Below, in pieces: positions 1 to 12,807 of a DNA stretch of 64,000 nt. Within the stretch, counting starts at the first letter, position 1, and every line of letters starts with the position of its first letter. The translations under genes were made by a program, and so were the position numbers. Origin of the DNA: Eledone cirrhosa (Eukaryota). The DNA lies in NCBI GenBank assembly GCA_964016885.1, contig OZ024746.1, forward strand, positions 61,938,001 to 62,002,000, given 5' to 3'. The notes under the pieces were generated by a model. The model was not told the DNA's origin and made no database searches. It saw only the letters and a program-made list of their open reading frames with translations.

Positions 1-1430
1 ATATATCTTTGGAAAGGCACCTAAGCAATGGCAATCGTGAGGGATAATCCCAATTTTGTGAAGCCTCCCCGCTAGTCTATGCTAAGTGTCTGGCAGAGAG
101 ATGCAGGGAGATTGTCGTGTACAAGCTAGGTGAGGAACAGTGCGGTTTTCGCTGCGGACGCAGCACAGTCGAACAAATATTCACACTGCGGCAGGTCTCC
201 GAATATTGCCAAGAGGTATATTCTCGTTTTGTAGACCTCGAGAATGTATATGATCCTGTTCCTTGGGACCTGTTATGGAAGGTGGTGCAGGAGTATTGGA
301 TCGATGGCCAACTTCTTGCTGCTCTGATATCTCTAAACAAATGCCCGAGCATTTGTGTTCGAATAAATGTGGGAGTCGGACTCCGCCAAGGGTGTATATT
401 GTCACATCTCCTTTTCATTATTGGCAGTATCGGTAGAGAGTCGGACGCCATGCTTTCCAGCATAGTTACGTCCCTTTACGGTCTGAGTTCAAATCCCGCC
501 GAGGTTGACTTTGCCTTTCATCCTTACGGGGTCGATAAAATAACGTACCAGTAATGCACTGGGTAATTGCTGGCCTTGTGCCTAAAAGTAGAAACAATTA
601 TTTTCATTAACAGGATTGACATGAGCATCCGGGTGTAAAATCAGTCGGCTGGAATTTGCAGACGACATGGTTTTACTTATCTCGACAGAAAGTAATCTCC
701 GACTTGCACTTGATAGGAATGCTACATGACTGGAATGAGAATGAGTGGTGGGAAAACTGAGACGCTCATCCTCTCAAAGAAGCCTACGCAGTGCATTCTA
801 CATGTGAATGGACTTCCACTGAAGCAGATAGAGAAGTTCAAGTATCTTGGGGCCATGTTCACGATTGATGGAAGGTAGGAGGCTGAATTAACTGCATGAA
901 TGAATTGTAGGAGCTGGTGCAGTAATGCATGAGCTTTAACATTTGGTAATCAGAAGACGAGATGTAGGTGTAACAGCCAAACTCGCTATCTTCAATTTGG
1001 TATTCGTGCCAACCCTTACCTATGATCATGAATCTTACGTAATGACCGAAAGAATACGATCGTGAATACAAGTGGCCAAAATGGAGTTCCTTCAAAGGTT
1101 CTTTGGAGTAATATTACTCGATAGACTGCGTAGCTCGGAGATCAGAGAGTCACTTCAGGTAGAGCTGCTACTTCTCCGAATTGAGAGATCACAGCTCCGA
1201 TACTATAGGCATGCGATAAGAGTGTTTCAGGAAAGAATCGCTGGACAGATTTTACAGGCAAAACCAACCGACAGGAGACCCAAGGGTAGACCCCGAGCAA
1301 GATGGTTGGATAACATCCATGAGCTTGGCTGGTCTCGCTTGGGAATCCAACTAGATCAGTTGGAGATGGTTGTATCTGACAGGACCTGCATATTCAAGGC
1401 TGGAATAACTTCCATCGAAATCTGACTGCT
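1..1430 (+). mobile_element. Decayed RTE-clade LINE (RT domain and C-terminus), interrupted by a SINE at 421-600
   Basis: Translations EEQCGFRCGRSTVEQIFTLRQ, FVDLENVYD, GLRQGCILS, FADDMVLL (655-678), EKFKYLG and RPKGRPRARWLD; stops and frameshifts present. Confidence 0.92.
421..600 (+). mobile_element. tRNA-derived SINE (family S1)
   Basis: A-box-like TGGCAGTATCGG, B-box GAGTTCAAATCC, body GCCTTTCATCCTTACGGGGTCGATAAAAT; TSD TTTTCATTA at 412-420 and 601-609. Confidence 0.92.
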
Positions 1431-1467
1431 CATATGACAACAACAACAACACTAACAATACGAAAAA

Positions 1468-1654
1468 TAATTGTTTCTACTTTTGGCACAAGGCCAGCAA
1501 TGACCCCAGTGCATTTCTGGTACTTTATTTTATCGACTCCGTAAGGATGAAATGCAAAGTTAAACTCGGCGGGATTTGAACTCAGACCGTAAAGCGGCGT
1601 AACTCTATGTTGCAAAGCATGGCGACCGACCCTCTACCTATACTGCCAATCCAC
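1468..1654 (-). mobile_element. SINE S1, full length
   Basis: Reverse complement of the 421-600 family; flanked by duplicated ACAATACGAAAAATAA. Confidence 0.9.
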
Positions 1655-1667
1655 AATACGAAAAATA

Positions 1668-1888
1668 ATTGTTTCTACTTTTGGCACAAGGCCAGCAATT
1701 ATCCCAGTGTATTACTGGTACTTTATTTTATCGACCCCGTAAAATAATGGTTTCTTATATAACACAAGGCCAGTAATTTGGAGGGAGGGGAAAGTCGATC
1801 AAATCGACCCCCAGAGCGTGACTGGTACCTTATTTCACCTACCCCGTAAGGATTAAGGTCAAATCTAATCTCAGCGGGATTTGGACTG
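1668..1888 (-). mobile_element. Two stacked partial SINE S1 copies (3' fragment plus an older variant)
   Basis: Repeated CACAAGGCCAG...ACTGGTAC...ACCCCGTAA motifs. Confidence 0.8.
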
Positions 1889-2198
1889 TATGCTGCAACA
1901 CAAGTTTTCCGACATTGAAAATAATATCAAACAAGTTTACATAGGTTGCTGTATATTTTGCTAACTCCTTCATACATCATATCGATCTTGTTAGCGGTGA
2001 TATTAAAGGTTGTAACCATAAAGTATATACCGGGTACAAAAGACGGGTATTAATGGCCTACTTAAACACACACATTGTATTTTGGACAAAGGTTATAAGC
2101 AATAAATATTTCTCTAACCTTTGTTTACATAATGTGGTTTCAGTAATGGCGTGATTTAGGGATGTACTGTCTCATCTAACTTACACTGGTTATTTGCA

Positions 2199-2361
2199 GA
2201 GGGTCGGACGCCATGCTTTGCAGCAAAGAGTTAAGGCCCTTTATGGTCTGAGTTCAAATCCCGCCGAGGTTAACTTTGCCTTTCATCCTTATGGGGTCGA
2301 TAAAATAAAGTACCAGTAATACAAGGATATAATTGCTGGCCTTGTGCCAAAAGTAGAAACA
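2199..2361 (+). mobile_element. SINE S1, slightly 5'-truncated
   Basis: B-box and body match; GTTATTTGC duplicated on both sides. Confidence 0.9.
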
Positions 2362-2613
2362 GTTATTTGCCATATGGAGTATTGTAGGGATACACACACA
2401 CACACACACACACACACAGATACACTCACTGACAGACTCATACACAGACAGACACACACACACACACACACGCATACATACACACACTCATATAAATGTA
2501 TGTATGTGAGTGTCTGTGTGCGTGTTTGTAAGTGTGAATATATTAATCATATATATATTTACATGTGTACAAACACACACAGACACATACGCGCGCGTGC
2601 ACACACTCACACG

Positions 2614-2644
<31 letters not shown>

Positions 2645-2944
2645 GTGTGTCTATGTGTTTATGAATGTGCATGTGTCTGTGTGCGTGTACGTGTGCTTGC
2701 ACGTGTGCCTGTACGTGTGCGTGTGTATTTGTGTTTGTGCATGTTTGTATGTAAATATCTATCATAAAGAAATATGTAGACGCTTAATAAACTGAAATTT
2801 AACCTCGGTGTACAAAATAAAGGGCAAACTTAAAACATGGGGTGTTTTCTGCTAAACGAACCCCCAAACCACCTCTTTTACCCTTTCATTACCAGCCATG
2901 GGTTATAAACTACTGTCTCTTTCTCCAGAATAAACGATGTAAAC

Positions 2945-2986
2945 ACTACTGAGGAGCCTGCAATGACAGGCCGAAACTAGTGTAGT
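2945..2986 (+). ncRNA. Decayed minimal type I hammerhead ribozyme
   Basis: ACTA-CTGAGGA-GCCTG(caatga)CAGGCC-GAAAC-TA-GT-G-TAGT; position 17 is G, so probably inactive. Confidence 0.6.
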
Positions 2987-3181
2987 TGATGTAGGCGGTG
3001 GATTGGCAGAGGCGCTAGGGTGTCGGATTAAATACCTTGGTGCTAGATAAGAGCTAACTAAGAGTTAAACAACAGTAGTAACATCTTTAATATACAATAG
3101 AGCAAAATATCATGGATTAAAGAAACGTCCGAGAGAGAGAGAGAGAGAGGGAGAATGAATGAGAGTGAAAGAAAGAGAAAG

Positions 3182-3245
<64 letters not shown>

Positions 3246-3428
3246 ATGTATATATATATACATATATATATACATATATATATAGAAATCACATGAATCA
3301 AAGTTCTGTTCAAACCATTTATTAGCTTACAATAAGGTAGTAATAAATTACTGTCTTTCACTGTTTAGGGTTTAAAATATATATAACTATAAAAAGTTTT
3401 AGTATATACATAACCATAAATAGTATCC

Positions 3429-3484
<56 letters not shown>

Positions 3485-3595
3485 AATAAAGATTCAGCAA
3501 GAATCGCATTTCGGCGGGCAGGAAAGGTGAAGCGAGCGAAACGCAAAAATCAGAATGATACTGGCAAAGTGCTCAATAGTTAAAACCCAGAGCTA

Positions 3596-3637
<42 letters not shown>

Positions 3638-3641
<4 letters not shown>

Positions 3642-3734
3642 AAAAGAATCAGGACCACGACGGCTGAGCTCCGGCCGTTTCGACAGCTAGGTCTGAACAG
3701 TTTCACCTGGTTCCTTACCACACTTCCTTCGTTT

Positions 3735-3735
<1 letters not shown>
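3638..3735. mobile_element. Family C (TA)n-inserted element: inverted hammerhead 3' half joined to the element 3' end
   Basis: Minus-strand GAAACGGCCGGAGCTCAGCCGTC; 3' end CCTGGTTCCTTACCAC shared with 31421 and 61815 copies. Confidence 0.75.
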
Positions 3736-3768
<33 letters not shown>

Positions 3769-3771
3769 TAT

Positions 3772-4110
3772 TAGAAAGTGGGTTTTAATTTTTACAAATT
3801 GAAAAATAACCGAGGTGTCCTACACGAGTGAAAGTATAAAGAAAAAGAGATGAAATCGAAAATGCAACTGAAGTCTTATTTTAAAAAAAAATATATATAT
3901 ATTTATTTGGTTCCTTTACCGGTTTCGCAATTCTTCTGCTTTTCAAAAGTAGAGTTGAGATGGAGAGTCTGTGGTTTTTCTCAGATCTGTGAGAAAAACC
4001 ACAGACTCTCCATCTCTCAAGAACTGCGAAACCGGTAAAGGAACCAAATAAATATATATATTTAAAAAAAAAATAAGACACCAGTTGCATTTTCGATTTC
4101 ATCTCTTTTT

Positions 4111-4113
<3 letters not shown>
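3772..4113 (-). mobile_element. Fold-back element (palindrome 3839-4113) with hammerhead 3' half
   Basis: Arms are reverse complements; GAAAC-CG-GTA at 4028-4037 followed by AATAAA; (TA)n on both sides. Confidence 0.8.
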
Positions 4114-4187
<74 letters not shown>

Positions 4188-4189
<2 letters not shown>

Positions 4190-4436
4190 ATGAAATGACA
4201 GGAGGCTGGATTTGTGTAAATCCTTGAAAGGTTTATTATACGTATAATAAACCTTTCAAGGATTTACACAAATCCAGCCTCCTGTCATTTCATTATAATA
4301 TTTAACTCCGTAATAGCACCACCAACTACAAAAACAAAGACGGTTGAACTGCTTTACGTTGAGTACTCTCTATATTATTGCATTACAATTGACCATACGG
4401 AATAGACCAGCTCTATACAGTGGTGAACCTCAAACC

Positions 4437-4440
<4 letters not shown>
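4188..4440 (+). mobile_element. (TA)n-inserted element with perfect 108-bp palindrome (4188-4295)
   Basis: Spacerless palindrome centred on 4241/4242; body homologous to 19545-19735. Confidence 0.75.
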
Positions 4441-4477
<37 letters not shown>

Positions 4478-4482
<5 letters not shown>

Positions 4483-4519
4483 GAGAGAGGGAGAGAGAGA
4501 GAGTGAATGAGAGAGAATG

Positions 4520-4608
<89 letters not shown>

Positions 4609-4610
4609 AG

Positions 4611-4696
<86 letters not shown>
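4478..4696. repeat. (GA)n microsatellite
   Basis: Direct reading. Confidence 0.97.
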
Positions 4697-4699
<3 letters not shown>

Positions 4700-5007
4700 G
4701 GTATTGTTGGCAGTCTTCAAGGTAACCAGCATCAGCTGTCAGTTGTTCTGGACTGGTTTATCTTTTAGTTACACCTCATTGTCACAGTAGACATAGATTT
4801 GGTGATTATCTACATACGACATACGTCCTCCATACATGTATGTATGTTTGTATGTATGTATGTATGTATGTATGTATGTGTTTGTTATGTATGTATGTCT
4901 GTATGTATGTCTGTATGTATGTATGTATGTATGTATGTATGTATGTCTGTATGTCTGTATGTATGTATGTATGTATGTATGTATGTATGTATGTCTGTAT
5001 GTGTGTA

Positions 5008-5108
5008 TGTTCTCTCTTTCTCTTAATTTCGAGTATATTTTTGACCGGCCACCTTCCTGGTGGCAAGGGTGTAAAAGAATAGAAATGGTCATCCCTTGAA
5101 TAGCAAGA
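5008..5108 (-). mobile_element. 3' end of an R4/Dong-like LINE inside (TATG)n
   Basis: Similar to 44963-45045 (CTCTTAATTT...TTTTTGACCGG.CACC...GGTGGCAA). Confidence 0.7.
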
Positions 5109-5304
5109 ATGTATGTATGTATGTATGTATGTATGTATGTATGTATGTATGTATGTATGTATGTATGTATGTATGTATGTATGTATGTATGTATGTACGT
5201 ATGTATGTGTGTGTGTATGTGTGTATGTATGTATGTATGTATGCATGTATGTATGTATGCATGTATGTATGTATGTATGTATGCATGTATTCATGTATGT
5301 ATGT

Positions 5305-5715
5305 CCGGGAGAGATGACCCCTTAGCTTTGTCAAGGCAGAATTCTAGGAGAAGGAAAACTCTGATATAACACCTGCAACCCTGATGGTATCCAATGATGT
5401 TGACTTGTTCTTCTTTTTGGTAAATATCATCTTGGTTAAGAGAGTGGGACTGGCTTTGTGCAGTGCCTTTGCTCACTATAAAAGCTTCACGGCACAGGCA
5501 TTGCTTTATATCTGGAGATCTCTCTGCATTTGTCGTCACATGGTACCATGGGCCCTGCACTATATGTCAATAATTGTCACAAGTGTAGTGATTGTACCAG
5601 AGTTTTCAAGTCGCTGGCTGGACTAAAGAGTCACACTTGTTCAGCGCATCGGTAGGGGTTCTCCTACATGGATATAAAGTAGTGGCCGTACTCGAAAACG
5701 AGTTGGCAGCCACCA
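5305..5715 (+). mobile_element. Bipartite non-autonomous RTE derivative, 5'-truncated copy
   Basis: RTE 5'UTR-like CTAGGAGAAGGAAAACTCTGA fused to a C-terminal zinc finger CSDCTRVFKSLAGLKSH; (TATG)n on both sides. Confidence 0.75.
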
Positions 5716-5813
5716 TGTATGTATGTATGTATGTATGTATGTATGTATGTATGTATGTATGTATGTATGTATGTATGTATGTATGTATGTATGTATGTAT
5801 GTATGTATGTATG

Positions 5814-5847
<34 letters not shown>

Positions 5848-5908
5848 TGCCTTATATAGTCCCATCTTACTGTATTATTCTTTGTGTATGCAGCCCATTA
5901 CACGTGCG

Positions 5909-5968
<60 letters not shown>

Positions 5969-6113
5969 TGTGTGTTTTTAAAAAAAGGAAAAGAATGACT
6001 TCCCTTGCAGTTCTAAATAATTTGATTTAATTTTCCAAAGTGTAAAATCATAATATTATAAAATTGAATTAAAATGTTTAGAACTACAAGTAAAGTCATT
6101 ATTTTCCTTTTTT

Positions 6114-6159
<46 letters not shown>

Positions 6160-6162
6160 ACT

Positions 6163-6231
<69 letters not shown>

Positions 6232-6410
6232 GCACGTGTAATGTGCTGCATACACAAAGAATAATACAGTAAGATGGGACTATATAATGCATACATACCT
6301 ACATACATACATACATACATACATACACACATACATACATACATACATACATACATACATACATGCATTCATACATACATACACACATACATACACCCAT
6401 ACATACATAC
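5716..6410. repeat. Local inverted duplication including microsatellites
   Basis: 5850-6033 is the reverse complement of 6060-6290, with mirrored (TATG)n, (TA)n and (TG)n. Confidence 0.85.
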
Positions 6411-6696
6411 AGACAGACAGACAGACATACCTAAGTGTATCAAGGATTTCGCACATTTTCCAATATATATATATATATTTATATATGTAAAAGTTCTATT
6501 CATAGTTTCCATTTGTTAATATCGTATATATTTATTAAAATAACCGATTAAAGTTTAAGCAAAGAATCGCTGCTTTCACCCTTAACGGGATCTTCTGTAC
6601 GGTTCTTATATATTTGATATATATTTATCCTTATCGAGCCCTCTTTGGATTTTAGTCTTCAAATTTATTATTATTACTATATTTATATATATATAA

Positions 6697-6769
<73 letters not shown>

Positions 6770-6919
6770 TATATACATATATATATATATATTTCAGAAC
6801 GTCTCAGACACCAGCCCGTACGTATAAACTCTCTTCCTGCTATTTTAAGAGTTAAACTAATATATTTCTTCCGTTGTGCCGTTTGTTTTGTTATTACATT
6901 ACACACACACACACACACA

Positions 6920-6950
<31 letters not shown>

Positions 6951-6988
6951 GCACGCACACACACACACACACATACATATATATATAT

Positions 6989-7064
6989 ATTGGGTCAAGT
7001 ATGAATTTGTAGAAATTTATATTTTTGCTATAAATTTCTACAAATTTCATACTTGACGACCCGA
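6989..7064. mobile_element. Mini mariner-type palindromic MITE (MADE1-like size)
   Basis: TIR TTGGGTC(GTC)AAGTATGAAATTTGTAGAA; further copies at 24558 and 25368. Confidence 0.75.
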
Positions 7065-7162
7065 TATATATATATATATATATGTATGTATATATAATAT
7101 ATATATATATATATATACAATGATATTAAATAAATGGAAACTATATTTATAAAACCATATTA

Positions 7163-7223
7163 ATTTTATTATATATATTTCAAGGGTACCAAAAGACTTT
7201 GGTACGCTTTCTTCAGATAAAAT
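7163..7223 (-). ncRNA. Type I hammerhead ribozyme (family A)
   Basis: ATTTTAT-CTGAAGA-AAGCGTACCAAAG..TTTTGGTACCCTT-GAAA-TATATA-TA-ATAAAAT; 7-bp stem I. Confidence 0.85.
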
Positions 7224-7356
7224 ACAAAGTTTGTTTTATAAATAGAGACATACCCAGGAAAATCATACCTTATCAGTTGGAATAACTATCCAGAGAATAT
7301 CCAACTGATAAGGTATGATTTTCCTGGGTATGTCTCTATTTATAAAACAAACTTTG

Positions 7357-7419
7357 TATTTAATCTGAAGAAAGCGTACCAAAGTCTTTTGGTACCCTTG
7401 AAATATATATAATAAAATA
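7357..7419 (+). ncRNA. Type I hammerhead ribozyme (family A)
   Basis: CTGAAGA 7365-7371, GAAA 7400-7403, AUA triplet; one mismatch in stem I. Confidence 0.82.
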
Positions 7420-7631
7420 AATATGGTTTTATAAATATAGTTTCTATTTATTTAATATCATTGAATATTTACTCCAGATAACTGTTGAGTGCTCTAAATC
7501 AGTTATAAACATTTATATTTATATTTGTCGGATCTCCAACAAATTAAATACCCCTTCTACTTATATATATATAAGTAGAAGGGGTATTTAATTTGTCGGA
7601 TCTCCAACAAATTAAATACCTCTTCTACTTA

Positions 7632-7717
<86 letters not shown>

Positions 7718-7721
<4 letters not shown>

Positions 7722-7797
7722 TTATTAAAAAAATAATGAATAAACAAAGAAACAGTTCCTTATATTAAAAAAAATCATTATTTTACGATCGTTTCTA

Positions 7798-7803
<6 letters not shown>
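7718..7803 (-). mobile_element. Family F element 3' end with hammerhead 3' half
   Basis: Minus strand CCTA-GAAAC-GATC-GTA-AAAT, same as 48467 and 49312. Confidence 0.7.
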
Positions 7804-7856
<53 letters not shown>

Positions 7857-8074
7857 CATACAGGTGTGTGTATATATAAATATCAGTTCACTCTTCAGTG
7901 TTATTGTTAAGTCACTTGTACAACATGTTGTACGGTCAGGTGACCGGTTATTAAACCCTCAAGTCTACCAAACCTGCTCAGAGAGGGGCGGGACTTTTTG
8001 ACACATTGTTGGATGAAAAAAAAAAAAAAAAAAAATGTTAAAAATGTCATGAGAATTAACGGCCATCCAATAGT

Positions 8075-8428
<354 letters not shown>

Positions 8429-8726
8429 ATATATATATATATGTGAAAAAATGGGGAGAAGAATACTGCAGGTTGCACATGGATAACATGTAATAAAATA
8501 AGTCCCTCATCAGTGATTTGCCGACGATCATAGATATTTCATTGCATTAAAATATTTATATATATATATATTTATATATATATATGTATATACATATATA
8601 TATATATACTGATTAGTTAGCACCCCAAACACTAAATTGGGATAATACTTAAGTATATCCTAATGTTTGTTGAGTGAGATGGAGTTGGTCGGAGTATCGC
8701 TTAAGGCTTTCTCTGTTTATGTATTG

Positions 8727-8768
<42 letters not shown>

Positions 8769-8819
8769 TTATGGAATACTGTTGGCTTCTTGCTACAATA
8801 CTTTCTATACCTTTCATTT

Positions 8820-8854
<35 letters not shown>

Positions 8855-8863
<9 letters not shown>

Positions 8864-9140
8864 GAAAGATGTAAAATAAGAAAATTATAAAAATTAACTT
8901 ACTTACTAAAATTTCACTCCAACGTTTCGGAAACTATGTTTATTCCCTTTCAGAAACTAATTAGTTGGAGTGAAATTTTAGTAAGTAAGTTAATTTTTAT
9001 AATTTTCTTATTTTACGTCTTTCATATTATATACTGCATCCCCATGCATTGAACCACAAAGTTACTAAGACAAAACCTATATATTTGCTGGCATAAGTAT
9101 GCATCTGTATATATATGTTAGTAGATATACTAATTCTTTA
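8855..9140. mobile_element. Fold-back element (8855-9032) with decayed minimal hammerhead in the loop (minus, ~8918-8957)
   Basis: Minus strand CTGAAAG-GGAA...TTCC-GAAACGTT-GGAG. Confidence 0.65.
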
Positions 9141-9636
9141 TATATATATATATATAATATATATATTTATACATATATATATATGTGTGTGTTCATAGGA
9201 AATCTAGGAGGCCCAGACAAAAATAATTGTAAACACAGCTGATTACTATAAATAATAGCTTAGAAAATCGGGTAAAATACGCATATGGACGGAAAAAATA
9301 ACCACATGTATGTGTTGGGGGTAAAGTATATGTCTGTGCGTGTATAGTCCCTGTATGGGTGTTGCTGTGTATGTGTGTGTGGGTGGAGGGGCCCGGATGG
9401 GATGAGAACGGTGTGGGATGAGATTAGTTCTTTCGTTGTTTTGGTATTGTATGGTTGGGTTTTGCCTACCGCAATTTTCAATTTGTCAAGCTATTTAAAC
9501 GTATGTTATTATCCTAAGGACCTACCCTTATTGAGTGCTTTGCTACTCATTCCTTATTGTAGGTCGACTTTGCTTGGCCACAGCCAAAGGTTCGATTTTA
9601 CTAAGCTTCCAGTTGTATATATATATATATATATAT

Positions 9637-9823
9637 GAGTTCCGTGTTCAATCGGGGGTAACCAGAGTAAGTAAGGTACTTATTACATTAGTAGAGTGTA
9701 AACAATGTTTAATATAGAAATGGCTTCTACAGGACTGTTTCATTCAAAAGAAATAATCAGGAAAGCCCTTTCCTGAAACAATGAAACAATTCTAGTGGAA
9801 GCTATTTCTATAATAAACCTGAC

Positions 9824-9864
<41 letters not shown>

Positions 9865-9975
9865 GTGACCACAGTTAAAAAAGGTACTCAATACATTTGC
9901 AGAGTATAGGCATCTTTATTTTATATAGAAATGACTTGTACAGGTCTAGAACTGTTTCATTCATATGAGAATAAA
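9637..9975 (-). mobile_element. Two family B fragments with decayed or half hammerheads (9722-9767; ~9930-9970)
   Basis: Minus CTGATTA-TTTCTTTTGAAT-GAAACAG..CTGTA-GAAGCC and GAAACAGTTCTAGACCTGTA. Confidence 0.65.
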
Positions 9976-10164
9976 CTTTGTAAGCATTTGATAAGATTGA
10001 TATACCAATAGAAGCCGGTAATTAATCCATTTAATGTAACCATTATAAATATATTTTTTCTGTCTGATTAAAGGAAAAATTATCTTTAAATTTACACCTG
10101 TGCTTTTTCACTTATAATTTTTACCTATGCACTCAGACACACATACACACACACATACACATAT

Positions 10165-10226
<62 letters not shown>

Positions 10227-10227
10227 T

Positions 10228-10425
10228 TATTATTATGTAATAAACAACATAAGGCAATTATTCCATTTACCAGTGGTTTCTTAAAAGCAAAAGGTTTTGC
10301 TTTTAAGAAACCACTGGTAAATGGAATAATTGCCTTATGTTGTTTATTACATAATAATAATTAAGCTCTGTTGCTTACATAGAGCACTCTTTTTTCCTGG
10401 ACTTTTCCGACGGAATTACTTCATT
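10228..10425 (+). mobile_element. Fold-back element (palindrome 10228-10359) centred on hammerhead stem II
   Basis: TTAAAAGCAAAA..TTTTGCTTTTAA immediately followed by GAAAC-CACTG-GTA (10307-10319). Confidence 0.78.
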
Positions 10426-10435
10426 CACACATATA

Positions 10436-10468
<33 letters not shown>

Positions 10469-10487
10469 TTGTATGTATGTATAGCGT

Positions 10488-10549
<62 letters not shown>

Positions 10550-10553
<4 letters not shown>

Positions 10554-10655
10554 AAAAGAGTCAGGACCCCGACGGCTGAGCTCCGGCCGTTCGACAGCTA
10601 GATCCGAACTAAACCAATAGTATTAGGACGGCAGGGATCTGGGGGTACAGTCCAT
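10550..10655 (-). mobile_element. Family C fragment
   Basis: CCCCGACGGCTGAGCTCCGGCCGTTCGAC. Confidence 0.7.
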
Positions 10656-10694
10656 ATATGGGCATATATATGTGTGTGTGTGTATGTATAGAGT

Positions 10695-10810
<116 letters not shown>

Positions 10811-11501
10811 ATATATATATATTATAAATAAATAAATAAATATAAATATATATATCTATTATAGCAAAGCTATCTGGTTAGGGAAAGTGGGCAGTATCTA
10901 TCCATAAGAAGCTTATAAATAAATGTTAATTATTATTACTTATTAATTTATTAGAATTAAATGGTTTTTTTTTGGTTTTTTGCTTCAATATAATTTGATG
11001 TGTAGAATTAAGTTATCATATTTCAGTAAATGGCAAAGTATTCCCATGTTAGACAATGACAGTGTCGTGTGTCTCTCTATACCATTGTGTTTATATAAAG
11101 AATAATAGGATTAACCAAACATGCAGTAAGTTCCGCTCGTAAATGAAAGAAACATTCCGTCACAGAAGCAAAATATATCTTCCTATGTTTAGTTTTAATA
11201 GAACCCATGGAGTGTTTGTATGTATATAATACTGGGGTGTTGCTTTAGTCAGATCCAGATCAGCTCTTATCAAAGGTTTTCCAGTTATGACTGCTCCAAT
11301 TTGTCATACCGAAAGTACTCGGTATCTAATTCCCACCTTTTTCTTTTTTTTTTAGAAATTATAGGGTGAGAGTTGAGAAAATTTGGCTGCTATTTCTAGC
11401 AAATCAAGTGACCGTATAAAGTATTCTCGGCTTCTCAGACATTTCGGTGAATGTGAGTGTATAAAAGAGCAATACGCACCTCACACACACACGCACGCAC
11501 G

Positions 11502-11606
<105 letters not shown>

Positions 11607-11688
11607 CGATATGTATAGAAAATTGAATGGGCTTAAGTTTGCTCCTTTTTATTAATCATTTTTCCATTTGTACTTTATAAGTTTGTAA

Positions 11689-11737
<49 letters not shown>

Positions 11738-11793
11738 ACTACCATGACTGAATCTTAACCATCTACTAAGTCAGGGTATGTCATGCATTATTT

Positions 11794-11860
11794 TATTTTA
11801 TCTGATGAGGACGTAGTGTTGAAGATAGCTCAGTACCTTTGAAATATGTATCATAAAATA
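11794..11860 (+). ncRNA. Type I hammerhead ribozyme (diverged family A relative)
   Basis: TATTTTAT-CTGATGA-...-GAAA-TATGTA-TC-ATAAAATA; 8-bp stem I, weaker stem II. Confidence 0.75.
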
Positions 11861-11904
11861 TACTTGATCACACGAATGTCTATTTTTGTTAATATTTTGA
11901 ATTA

Positions 11905-11967
<63 letters not shown>

Positions 11968-12081
11968 CATACATATATATATAGGAAAGTAAAAAAACAA
12001 CAACAACGCAGGAGTACACGTTACAAAAGGGATTAGGTTCACGCTTAGTGAGAGTGGGATGTGTGTGTGTGTGTGTGTGTG

Positions 12082-12143
<62 letters not shown>

Positions 12144-12187
12144 AAGTTAAATAAAAGTCAAATGATTAAAATTTAGCTTCGTTTATT

Positions 12188-12242
12188 ACTGCTATATATA
12201 TTTCGGTGACAGCCATCTTTGGCTGTGACCTCTTCAGGCAGT
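12188..12242 (-). ncRNA. Type I hammerhead ribozyme, intact
   Basis: ACTGC-CTGAAGA-GGTCACAGCCA(aaga)TGGCTGTCACC-GAAA-TATATA-TA-GCAGT, then AATAAA and (TA)n. Confidence 0.88.
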
Positions 12243-12420
12243 TTGAATTAGTATGGTATAGACAAGTACATATGTTGTTTAGGTGTATAATATTGTCAAT
12301 ACTCTGATATGCCCAGTTCCTTGTTGGGTTGTTATTTCACTGAGGAACTGGAGTCATTGGTATACAACCAACATAAACTCAAAATCTATCTATCTATATA
12401 TATATATGTACATATATATG

Positions 12421-12548
<128 letters not shown>

Positions 12549-12552
12549 TATA

Positions 12553-12608
<56 letters not shown>

Positions 12609-12807
12609 GGAATGTAGAGTAGTGACTCACGAGTTTATATATATATAAAAATATAGTAAAAAAGGAAAACCAAAAACAAAAAAAAAACAGTAGAAAATGC
12701 TAAAGGTATTTTCTCTCAGAATAGCATCAAAACATTTATTTACAAAATAGGGATTTCCGCATTTAATAATAAATATTCATTCATATGTATGCATATATAT
12801 ATATATA

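Larger units (their letters stand above)
7118..7562 (+). mobile_element. Family A hammerhead element with inverted 5' duplication (palindrome 7118-7463)
   Basis: Near-perfect arms of ~165 bp, each containing a hammerhead; both ends on (TA)n. Confidence 0.88.

Noticed and set aside
421-500. tRNA gene
   Set aside because: tRNA-like SINE head with SINE body and TSD; no convincing cloverleaf
3490-3595. Repeat shared with 41105-41210 containing GAAAT-GCG-ATT (minus)
   Set aside because: No CUGANGA partner found; unclassified repeat only
5590-5655. C2H2 zinc-finger gene exon
   Set aside because: Part of a multi-copy RTE-derived element, degenerate in other copies
6565-6605. Hammerhead-like CAGAAGA-TCCC..GGGT-GAAA (minus)
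   Set aside because: Core mutated and no NUH or stem I
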